64,000 bases of DNA. It comes from Myxococcota bacterium (GTDB lineage: Bacteria > Myxococcota_A > Polyangia > Nannocystales > Nannocystaceae). Each line of letters opens with the position of its first letter. The stretch's first letter is position 1. The stretch covers positions 1 to 64,000 of the forward strand of contig JBCCWC010000012.1 in NCBI GenBank assembly GCA_039194325.1, read 5' to 3'. A program made the translations under genes and the position numbers. The notes beneath the pieces were generated by a model, which saw nothing but the letters and a program-made list of their open reading frames with translations, made no database searches and was not told the DNA's origin. Positions 1 through 9,196 of this stretch are shown here, piece by piece.

Positions 1-1
1 C

Positions 2-493
<492 letters not shown>

Positions 494-532
494 CGACTGA
501 ACGCACGCTACAAGCTGCGAGCCTGCAACGCC

Positions 533-2077
533 ATGCGTTGTGCGGAGTCGGCCATGGTGCACGTCGCGGGCACCTTGGCGGAGGCGGTGGGGTATTTCAA
601 GGCTTCCAACACCGACCCTGGCGATGATTTCGGACAAAGCGTGGCGCTGTCGGCAGATGGCAATACCTTGGCCGTCGGTGCCCGCGACGAAAGCAGCAAC
701 GCGACCGGCATCGACATGGATATGGGACCGGGCCAAGACGATGACACCGCTCCTTACGCGGGTGCGGTGTACGTATTCGAGCGTACGGGCGGCACCTGGT
801 CGCAGCAGGCTTATGTCAAGGCTTCCAATACCGACGCTAGCGACCACTTCGGGTTCAGCGTAGCGCTGTCAGCGGATGGCAACACCTTGGTCGTTGGTGC
901 CCCATACGAAGACAGCAGCGCAACGGGCGTCGACACGGGCATGGGACCCGGTCAGAACAACAACTTCGCCTCCAACGCCGGTGCAGTGTACGTATTCGAA
1001 CGTATGGGCGACACCTGGTCGCAAGATGCCTATGTCAAGGCTTCCAATACCGGCACTGACGACTTTTTCGGCTGGGATGTGGCACTGTCAGCGGATGGCA
1101 ACACCTTGGCCGTTGGTGCCATGTGCGAAGGCAGCGGCGCAACGGGCGTCGACATGGGCATGGGCATGGGCCAGAACGACAACACCGCCTACTGCGCGGG
1201 TGCAGTGCATGTATTCGAGCGTATCGGCGACTCCTGGTCGCAGCAGGCATATGTCAAGGCTTCCAATACCGACGCTGACGACGAGTTCGGCTGGGATGTA
1301 GCGCTGTCAGCGGATGGCAACACCTTGGCCGTTGGTGCCTTATACGAAGATAGCAGCGCCACGGGCGTCGACATGGGCATGGGACCGGGCCAGAACGATG
1401 ACACCGCCTCCTCCTCCGGTGCGGTGTACGTGTTCGAGCAGACAGGTGACACCTGGTCGCAACAAGTCTACATCAAGGCCTCCAATACCGGTATTAGCGA
1501 CACGTTCGGGTTGAGTGTGGCATTATCAGCGGATGGCAACACCTTGGCCGTTGGCGCCTCAAACGAAGATAGCAGCGCCACGGGCGTCGACATGGGCATG
1601 GGACCGGGCCAGGACGATAAAACGTCCTCCGCGGGTGCTGCATACGTATTCGAGCGTACGGGCGGCATCTGGTCACAGCAGGCCTATATCAAGGCATCCA
1701 ATACCGGCACTTACGACTTGTTCGGGTCGAGCGTGGCGCTGTCGGCAGATGGCAACACCTTGGCCGTTGGTGCCCACGGCGAAGACAGCAGCGCGACGGG
1801 CGTCGACACGGGCATGGGACCGGGCCAGAACGATGACTCCGAATCCAATGCGGGTGCGGTGTACGTGTTCGAGCGTACGGGCGACATCTGGTCACAGCAT
1901 GCCTATGTCAAGGCCCCCAGCCCGCGAGGGGACGATCACTTCGGAGCCACCGTCGCGCTCTCGGATGACGCCACCTCCCTGGTGGTCGGCGCGAACGGCG
2001 AAAACATCTTCGCGACGGGAATTGGCGCCGAGCCAAGAGGTTTTGCCTTCAATGCCGGCGCCGTCTATCTCTACTGA
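533..2077 (+). CDS. FG-GAP / integrin-alpha-like beta-propeller repeat domain (about 7 blades); probably the C-terminal part of the preceding gene
   Basis: Seven ~73-aa repeats of YxKASNT...FGxSVALSADGNTLAVGA...AGAVYVFER; ends GAVYLY*. Confidence 0.9.
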   Translation: MRCAESAMVHVAGTLAEAVGYFKASNTDPGDDFGQSVALSADGNTLAVGARDESSNATGIDMDMGPGQDDDTAPYAGAVYVFERTGGTWSQQAYVKASNTDASDHFGFSVALSADGNTLVVGAPYEDSSATGVDTGMGPGQNNNFASNAGAVYVFERMGDTWSQDAYVKASNTGTDDFFGWDVALSADGNTLAVGAMCEGSGATGVDMGMGMGQNDNTAYCAGAVHVFERIGDSWSQQAYVKASNTDADDEFGWDVALSADGNTLAVGALYEDSSATGVDMGMGPGQNDDTASSSGAVYVFEQTGDTWSQQVYIKASNTGISDTFGLSVALSADGNTLAVGASNEDSSATGVDMGMGPGQDDKTSSAGAAYVFERTGGIWSQQAYIKASNTGTYDLFGSSVALSADGNTLAVGAHGEDSSATGVDTGMGPGQNDDSESNAGAVYVFERTGDIWSQHAYVKAPSPRGDDHFGATVALSDDATSLVVGANGENIFATGIGAEPRGFAFNAGAVYLY

Positions 2078-2092
2078 ACCACCACTAGCTCG

Positions 2093-5000
2093 CTAGCGGA
2101 CACGGTGCTCGGCCAGCCACACCTCGACCTCGGCCAGATCGTCCTGGCTGCCCACCCCCGCGGTCGCAAACGCATCCGCGGCGAGCTCGGCCAGCTGCCG
2201 AGCTCGCTGGCGCTCAGCGCCGCGTGACCACAACGCCCGCGCGAGCACGAACCGGGCCAAGGCGACGACGTAGGGCTGCACCGCGGTGGCTTCATAGATC
2301 GACACCGCGCGCTCCGCATGCTCACGCGCCGACTTCGTGTCGTGCAGCTCGAGGGCCGCTATCGCCAACCCCAACCGCGACTCGGCGACGTTGGGGTGTT
2401 CGGGCCCCAGCAGAGCCTCGCGCATGGACAGCGCCCGTTGGTACATCGCTCGACTCTCTTCGTACCGCCCCTGACCGGCGAGCATATCGCCCAGGTTGTT
2501 CAAGCTCAGCGCAATATCCGGGTGCTCGGGCCCCAGCGCCGCCTCCCAGATCGCCAGGGCCCGGCGGTGTGTCGCTTCCCCTTGCTCGTACTTGCCTTGC
2601 TCCGAGAGCGCATTGCCCAGGTTGTTCAGGACGCTGGCGATGAGGGGGTGCTCAGGATCGAGGGCCGCCTCCGAGACGGCCAGGGCCCGACGATGCATCG
2701 CTTCCCCCTCTTCGTACTTCCCCTGATTGCGGAGCACGTTGCCCAAGCTGTTGAGGCTCTGCCCGACGCCAGGGTGCTCGGGCCCCAGCGCCACCTCCCT
2801 GATGGACACCGCCCGACGGAACATGTCCTCGCTTTGCTCGTACTTGCCCTGATTGTCGAGCGCAATGCCCAGGTTGTGCAGGGTGATCCCGACCACGGGG
2901 TGTTCGGGGCCCAGTGCCGTCTCCCAGATCGACAGGGCCCGACGGTACATGACTTCGCTTTCCTCGTACTTTCCCTGATCGTTGAGCACGATGCCCAGGT
3001 TGCTCATCGAACTGGCGGTGTCGGGGTGGTCGGGCCTCAGCGTCGCTTCTCTGATGGTCAGGGCTCGGCGATACATGAGCTCGCTCTGCTCGTACTTGCC
3101 CTGCTCACGGAGCACGTTGCTCAGGTTGTTCAGTCCAGACGCCACGTCGGGGTGCTCGGGTCCTAGCGCCGCCTCCATGATCGACAGTGCCCTTCGAGAC
3201 ACGGCTTCACTCTGCTCGTACTTGCCCTGAGCACGGAGCACGTTGCTCAGGTTGGTCAGGCTCACCGCGACACGAGGGTGCTCGGGCCCCAGCGCCGCCT
3301 CCATGACCGATAGCACTCGTCGGTGGTTGCTCTCGGCCTCCTCGTACTTGCCCTGGTTTTCGAGTGCACTGCCCAGGTTGTTCAGGACACTGGCGATGTC
3401 GGGATGGTCGGACCTGAGCATGGTCTCCATGATCGACAGTGCCCTGCGATGCATGGCCTCGGCCTCTTCGTACTTGCCCTGCACATCGAGCATGATGCCC
3501 AGGTGGTTCAGGCTGGCCGCGATGTACCGACGCTCTTGCATGCGCTTGGCCAGCGCCAAGGCCATCTGGCCCCACTGCCAGCCTTTTTCTGGTCGCTGCA
3601 GCTTTTGTCCCACCACCGCGGTCAAGCTCCGGGTAGCCTCGAATTCGATCCGCGTGTGATCTAGCTCGAGCGCCAGCCGGTGAGCCTCGCGAAGGTCTTG
3701 CTCCGCCTCTTCGTATCGACCGCTGTCAACCTTGACGCTACCGCGCACCTGCATGACCTCGGCCCGCAGTGGCCCGTAGTCGAGGGTGTCGGCTCGTTGT
3801 GCCACGGGCTCGATCTGCTCGAGCGCACCGTCGTAGTTCCCCGCCCATTGCTCGGCTTTGATCCCTTCGAGCTGTCCGCGCAGGCTGTCCACCTGCTCGG
3901 CCACCGCTCCGTCCTCGGGCGGGGGAATGCGCTGATCTCGTCTCTCCAACCACTCCAGATCATCGCAGCGAGCCAGCGTGGGGAGCGCTCCGACCAGATC
4001 GACCGCGTTCTCCACCACCTGTGCGTTGGCCTGCGCCAGGATCTTCACCGTGGCGTCCAACGTCGTAAGGCGCTCGTGGAGGCAATGCATCCGTAGGCTC
4101 CGGTGCTCCTCGCTTTGTTCGTGGCGAACCACCGTCGCTTCGCATGCCTCGGTGTACTTGCTCGACCAGGCCTCGGCGAAAGCGTCTAGCTGCGGCAGGA
4201 TGTGCGCCGCGGTGTCCGAGGCATAGACCACCTGCGTACCGAGGATCGCGTCGCCTACTCGCTGGCGGTGGGGTTGGTCCCAGACCCCCTCGAGTTGCTG
4301 TGCCGCGCCGCTGCAGCGCTCGAGGTGATCGATGAATGTCTGTACGCCCAGCGCTCCCACGATAACGGTCAGGCCAGCCCCTACGACGACCATGGCTCGG
4401 CGTCGGCCGCGGGGCACCACGAGCCGGCGCAGCTGCCCCAACAGCATGTCCATCGACGACCAGCGGTCGCCGGGGTTGGGGGCCAGACCACGTAACAGCA
4501 CGTTGCGCAAGGCGACGGGAGCCGCGGCGTTGTGGGCAGAGACGATGTTGCCACTTCCGATCTGCTCCGCCAAAATGTCGAGCGAAGCCCCCTGGAAGGG
4601 GCGCTGGCCATAGACCGCCTCCCATAGCGATACGCAGAAGCTGAACTGATCGCTCTGCGCGTCCACCGGCTCACCGAGGATCTGCTCGAGCGACATATAC
4701 GCGGGGGTGCCGATCACACAGCCCGTCTCAGTGAGCGGTGTGTCGATCTTGAGACTCGAAGACCCCGAAGACCCCGCAGACGAGACCCCTCCCTCCAAGT
4801 CGGGCTTGTCGAGACCGGTGGCCGAGAACTCGGACGCCGTGCGGGCCAACCCAAAGTCCAGCACGCACACGCGACCACGTTCGTCGATCATGACGTTGCT
4901 CGGCTTGAAGTCTCGGTGGACCAGCCCCTGCTCGTGGGCCGCGGCCAACCCCGCGCCCGCCTGAAGGTACACCTCGACGCACTCGCGCCAGCCGGGCCGT

Positions 5001-5437
5001 GGGGCCTGCTTGCACCATTGAGTGAGCGTTTGGCCCGAGATCCGCTCCATCACGATGAAGGTGCGCCCCTCGAATTCGCCAACCTCGTACACCTGGACGA
5101 CGTTGGAGTGGGAGAGACGGGCGAGGGCCTGGGCCTCGCGAATGAGACGATCCGCGTTGGCTGCCGCGAGGTGGCGGCGCAAGATCTTCACCGCGACCCG
5201 GCGGTTGAGCGTGTTGTCGAACGCTTCGTAGACCGTGCCCATGCCCCCCGCACCCAGCCGCTGGACCACGACGTAGCGCCCTATAGCCGAAGGCTCCGAG
5301 GACAAGCCGAACAACCGCTTCCGAGTGGCATCGAGCAGCGAATCAAGCTCATCCGAATCGTGGTGTATCGTCGCCGTCGGCGACTGATCATCCAGTTGCT
5401 CGGACGAATACGGGCTTAGTTGTTTAGAAGTAGACAT
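2093..5437 (-). CDS. Serine/threonine protein kinase with a TM segment and C-terminal TPR repeats
   Basis: GAGGMG, VAVK, HRDFKPSN, DFG and GTPAYMS motifs; about nine 42-aa repeats LGPEHPxxAxxLNNLG. Confidence 0.95.
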   Translation of the reverse strand: MSTSKQLSPYSSEQLDDQSPTATIHHDSDELDSLLDATRKRLFGLSSEPSAIGRYVVVQRLGAGGMGTVYEAFDNTLNRRVAVKILRRHLAAANADRLIREAQALARLSHSNVVQVYEVGEFEGRTFIVMERISGQTLTQWCKQAPRPGWRECVEVYLQAGAGLAAAHEQGLVHRDFKPSNVMIDERGRVCVLDFGLARTASEFSATGLDKPDLEGGVSSAGSSGSSSLKIDTPLTETGCVIGTPAYMSLEQILGEPVDAQSDQFSFCVSLWEAVYGQRPFQGASLDILAEQIGSGNIVSAHNAAAPVALRNVLLRGLAPNPGDRWSSMDMLLGQLRRLVVPRGRRRAMVVVGAGLTVIVGALGVQTFIDHLERCSGAAQQLEGVWDQPHRQRVGDAILGTQVVYASDTAAHILPQLDAFAEAWSSKYTEACEATVVRHEQSEEHRSLRMHCLHERLTTLDATVKILAQANAQVVENAVDLVGALPTLARCDDLEWLERRDQRIPPPEDGAVAEQVDSLRGQLEGIKAEQWAGNYDGALEQIEPVAQRADTLDYGPLRAEVMQVRGSVKVDSGRYEEAEQDLREAHRLALELDHTRIEFEATRSLTAVVGQKLQRPEKGWQWGQMALALAKRMQERRYIAASLNHLGIMLDVQGKYEEAEAMHRRALSIMETMLRSDHPDIASVLNNLGSALENQGKYEEAESNHRRVLSVMEAALGPEHPRVAVSLTNLSNVLRAQGKYEQSEAVSRRALSIMEAALGPEHPDVASGLNNLSNVLREQGKYEQSELMYRRALTIREATLRPDHPDTASSMSNLGIVLNDQGKYEESEVMYRRALSIWETALGPEHPVVGITLHNLGIALDNQGKYEQSEDMFRRAVSIREVALGPEHPGVGQSLNSLGNVLRNQGKYEEGEAMHRRALAVSEAALDPEHPLIASVLNNLGNALSEQGKYEQGEATHRRALAIWEAALGPEHPDIALSLNNLGDMLAGQGRYEESRAMYQRALSMREALLGPEHPNVAESRLGLAIAALELHDTKSAREHAERAVSIYEATAVQPYVVALARFVLARALWSRGAERQRARQLAELAADAFATAGVGSQDDLAEVEVWLAEHRVR

Positions 5438-5539
5438 CGACCAGTCGAGCCCACCAAGGATACGGCGGATTCACATCGTGGCCCTGCCTACCTACGCCCT
5501 GCCTACCTACGGCCGACGACCAAGGGCCAAATCGCTCGG

Positions 5540-7537
5540 CTACCCCGCCCACCGCAGGCTGCCGCGGAAGCGCTCCGCCTCGGCGGCGCCGACGTTGGCC
5601 ATGACCAGCATGTAGAGCACCGAGTTGCGGACCGCGACCTCGATCTGCGCCTCGGAGTATACCAACCGCCGCGAGGGATGGCCGTGGAGGGTGCTCTGGG
5701 TGGACTCGGGCTTGCCCAGCGGCGCCTTGAGCGCCAACTGGTCGCGCATGGTCTGCTCAGCAAAGGAGGCCATCCACTCCTCGTCGTCGGAGAAGCCCTG
5801 GGCCGCGACGGTGATGAGGGCCATCTCGCCGCTGCCCTTCTTCCACTGAGTAAAGCGACCGATCGGGGTGCCCGCCGGAGTCTCATCGCTCCGCACCCAG
5901 CCGCTGCCGGGCTCGGCCACGCTGACCCCGTGCTGGTGATCGACGAAGCGCCCGCCCTCGATGACGAAGTCGGGGAGCGCGGCCGGCAACCCCAGCCCCC
6001 CGAGCACCCCCTCGATGGCGGGGGCCACGACAGACGAGGCGGCCGGACCCCAGGCGGTCATGACGATGGCGTTGCCCTGGTGCGAGGCCGAGAGCACACC
6101 ATACCGAAACTCCACGTCGTTCATGCGATCGGTGCCGAAGCTACGCTGCACGGTGGTCCCGTCGACCACCCCGGGCTCGTCGCGACGGCCGTCGAGCGTG
6201 CTGGCCACCGCCTCGTGAAGCTCGGCGGTCCGGGCCGCCCCCCCCTCGATCACCTCAACGTGCCCATAGACCGCCAACAGCGGCCCCTGAAAGGCGAGCA
6301 CGGCGCTGGCGACCTGAGTCTTGGCCTCGTCGCCAACCCGCACCTCGTAAAGACCCCGCGGCTGGGTCCAGGTGATCTGATGCTCGAAGTCCCGGAAGGT
6401 CTTGCCGAGGAAGGCCGACTTGGCGCCCACCTTCCACACCACGCCCTCGCGGGCGAGCAATTGCTCGCGGAGGGTCGCCCGCTCGGCCTTGGAGGCCAGC
6501 GTCATCTTGCCAGCGACCGCCTCGAACGCGGGCAGCGCCGCGTCGCGCAGCGCCTGGGGATACCAGGTCATCACCTGGGTGACCGCCCCCTCGCCGGTCA
6601 TCACCCCCACCTCGAACTCGAGCGCCGCCTGGGTCTGGTAGCGCAAGAAGGGCACCTCCTTGCCCGCGATCGTGCGGCTTGGGACCTCGGTGCCCGGGCC
6701 GAGGTTCTGGGCGAGGCCGGCCCGGATCGCCGCGACCATGCCCGAGGGATCGCCCCCGTCGTAGCGCTCGGAGATCACCGCGACGTAGCCGCTGACCTTG
6801 TCGTTGGTGAGGGCAAGCTCGGCCTCGGCGTTGGTCTGCACCAGCTCCTGACCGACCAGGAACCGCCACGAGTCCACCGCAGGGAGCTGCAAGCCGCTGA
6901 CGATGCTCGCGAAGCGACCGTCGCGGATCTGCCAGGTCACGCCGTCGGCATGCTCGACGGGCGGCCGGTCGTCGGCCTCCCCGTGGATCTCCCCCTCGGT
7001 GAGCGAGAAGGCGTCGAAGAAGGGCTGCAGGGCGGTGGCCGGCGTGCTGGCCTTCAGGCCCCAGGCCAGCAGCTGATAGAGGTAGCCCTCACGAAGAAAC
7101 AGCACCCGGGCATAGCGAAACTCCACGCCCTCCATCGCGGCGGTGAAGACCGTCTTGCGAGCCGTGAGCCCGCCGAGCTCGATGTCTTCGGTGCTCTCTT
7201 GCACCGCGTTGGGCAGGCTAGCGCTGACCAGCTCCTCGGCCTTGTCCAGATCGATGCCGGGCAAGCGTTCGACGATCACGCCGCCAAAGACGCCGTCGCG
7301 GCTGGTGGCGCCGGCCACCGCGTCGGGCACCATGCGCCGGATGTCCTGCTTGCGCATGAGCTTCCAACCCTCGCCCGGCGACCCAAGGCGGAAGCGAAAG
7401 CCCTCGTGGACGATGGGTTGAGTGGCGTCGTAGTCGGACTCGGCGGTGATCCGGCGACCATCAGCCTGCGGATCATTGTTCTTGCAGCCAAAGGGGGTGA
7501 GCAGCAGCAGCGCCAAGGCCAGGTGGATTCGTCGCAC
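5540..7537 (-). CDS. Hypothetical lipoprotein (665 aa)
   Basis: Long ORF with high-GC3 codon usage and a lipobox-like signal (LALLLLTPFGC). The opposite-strand 722-aa ORF is its shadow. Confidence 0.75.
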   Translation of the reverse strand: MRRIHLALALLLLTPFGCKNNDPQADGRRITAESDYDATQPIVHEGFRFRLGSPGEGWKLMRKQDIRRMVPDAVAGATSRDGVFGGVIVERLPGIDLDKAEELVSASLPNAVQESTEDIELGGLTARKTVFTAAMEGVEFRYARVLFLREGYLYQLLAWGLKASTPATALQPFFDAFSLTEGEIHGEADDRPPVEHADGVTWQIRDGRFASIVSGLQLPAVDSWRFLVGQELVQTNAEAELALTNDKVSGYVAVISERYDGGDPSGMVAAIRAGLAQNLGPGTEVPSRTIAGKEVPFLRYQTQAALEFEVGVMTGEGAVTQVMTWYPQALRDAALPAFEAVAGKMTLASKAERATLREQLLAREGVVWKVGAKSAFLGKTFRDFEHQITWTQPRGLYEVRVGDEAKTQVASAVLAFQGPLLAVYGHVEVIEGGAARTAELHEAVASTLDGRRDEPGVVDGTTVQRSFGTDRMNDVEFRYGVLSASHQGNAIVMTAWGPAASSVVAPAIEGVLGGLGLPAALPDFVIEGGRFVDHQHGVSVAEPGSGWVRSDETPAGTPIGRFTQWKKGSGEMALITVAAQGFSDDEEWMASFAEQTMRDQLALKAPLGKPESTQSTLHGHPSRRLVYSEAQIEVAVRNSVLYMLVMANVGAAEAERFRGSLRWAG

Positions 7538-8280
7538 GCCGCGGTCATAGCATCAAAGGTTGCGGGGTGGCCTCGTGAGCCATCCTAATCCACGAGACCA
7601 CCCCGCGACGATAATGGGGTCATAAGATCTACGCCGAGGGGGAACTTCGGCGTGTCATCCATCAAGTACTCATGAATCGACTCACGTCGAGCGACCTTGG
7701 CTGTCGACCGCGGGCAGTGGATCCCGTGTTTGGATCGCTCGCTCGACGACCGATGCGTAGTACCGGCACCGCGCTCTGGACGCGAGGCGCTGCCCCGAGT
7801 CGTCCACCGAGCTGGAAAGACACAGGGCGGCAAACCCGAGCTCGATGTTGATGTCCTCCGAGGTAGGGGAGGTAGGGGTCGGCACACGACCGGCGACACC
7901 ATGGCCAAACGCCCGACCACGCGCGGCGCTGGCGGCAAACTCGGTACTGGCGGCAAGCATCTGCTCCTGTTGTCCGCCGAGCTTCGACATTGATTGCGTT
8001 TTCGAAAAAAACGTTGTTACCGGTCTGAAAGATGCCAGATCCGAGACCAGATCCGAGACCCGAGCCGGACGCGGATCGTCGGTGTCAATCCCCTCCGCCA
8101 CGGCGCTCGGGACATCGGTGCTCGGTTTATGCAGGTACAGGTCCTACATGCCGTACGTATAACCCCGACATCCTTCATCCGACGTCGACGCACGGCCCTC
8201 GGGCCGGCCCCGACTGTCGAAGGAAAACGTCTCTCGGGCCGGGACTCCGGCCCGGCAACCGCGAGCGAGCGGTCGACCCC

Positions 8281-9045
8281 TCACGCCGAGCCCATGACAC
8301 AAGCGATCGGCATCAGACAGGTGGCCACCACACTGCCCCCGACGGGGCAGGCCTCGCCCCCGGTGCACGCGAAGACCTCGGCCAACTCGGGCTCGGGGCA
8401 ATCGGCGAGATCGGCCAGGCACTCGGCGACGCAGTCGCCGGTCCAGGGCAACAGCAAGGTTGAGCCACACGGCCCGCAGGCGGTATCGCAAAAGCTCTGG
8501 GCGTCGGGGTGCCCGGGGTTGACCGCGGGCCACATGCAAAGCGGGGGATCTCCATCGACGCAATACGTCCCGTCGGGGCAGCTGTTGATGTCGAGCGTGC
8601 ACTCGAGCAAGCAACGACCAGGGATCGCATCGTCCCCGCCCACACAATCGGGCGCGATGTTGCCCCCTACCAAGGGGCAATCGGCGTCGACGAAGCAAGA
8701 GACGGCGCACGTACTGTGAGGGATCCCCTGAGCATCGTCCCGCTCGATGCACTCGGCCCGCTCGGCACCCGCGTCGATGCACTCGCTCGATGCCATGGGG
8801 CCCGCGCAGGCACCATAGGGCTCGTCGAGCATCGGCATAGGCCCACCGCTGGACTCGCTCGGGTCACCGCTCGGATCGCCGTTCGAATCGACGTTCGAGG
8901 TCGCGACGTCACCGGTCGTACGCCCGGTCGAGGACCCACCGCCCGAAAGTGCATCGTCGCCGCACCCCCCCTCGACGAGGCCCAGGAGCACGATCGCACC
9001 GACGCGCGAGCGCGCGACATGAATCCGGATCGCCGAGGACACCAC
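8281..9045 (-). CDS. Cys-rich myxobacterial lipoprotein
   Basis: Signal peptide ending GGC, a Ser/Thr/Gly linker, then a Cys-rich domain. Confidence 0.75.
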   Translation of the reverse strand: MVSSAIRIHVARSRVGAIVLLGLVEGGCGDDALSGGGSSTGRTTGDVATSNVDSNGDPSGDPSESSGGPMPMLDEPYGACAGPMASSECIDAGAERAECIERDDAQGIPHSTCAVSCFVDADCPLVGGNIAPDCVGGDDAIPGRCLLECTLDINSCPDGTYCVDGDPPLCMWPAVNPGHPDAQSFCDTACGPCGSTLLLPWTGDCVAECLADLADCPEPELAEVFACTGGEACPVGGSVVATCLMPIACVMGSA

Positions 9046-9196
9046 GACCCAGGATATCAGCCCACCACGTGCGGGGCCCCGACCCCGCCGGCCGACCCGA
9101 TCAGCCGGAACCGCGAGCCCACATGTCGCCGTCCCAGTGTGGTTCGAGAAGTAGCGAACACCACCCCATGAACGTCTGGTCGTCTACGATCATCCA

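Noticed and set aside
5420..7588. 722-aa plus-strand ORF
   Set aside because: Antisense shadow of the 5540-7537 lipoprotein gene, typical of high-GC DNA.
7585..8280. ORFs in the ~700-bp gap (for example 7682-8101, minus strand)
   Set aside because: No recognisable motifs or clear codon bias; possibly decayed sequence, but a call cannot be supported.
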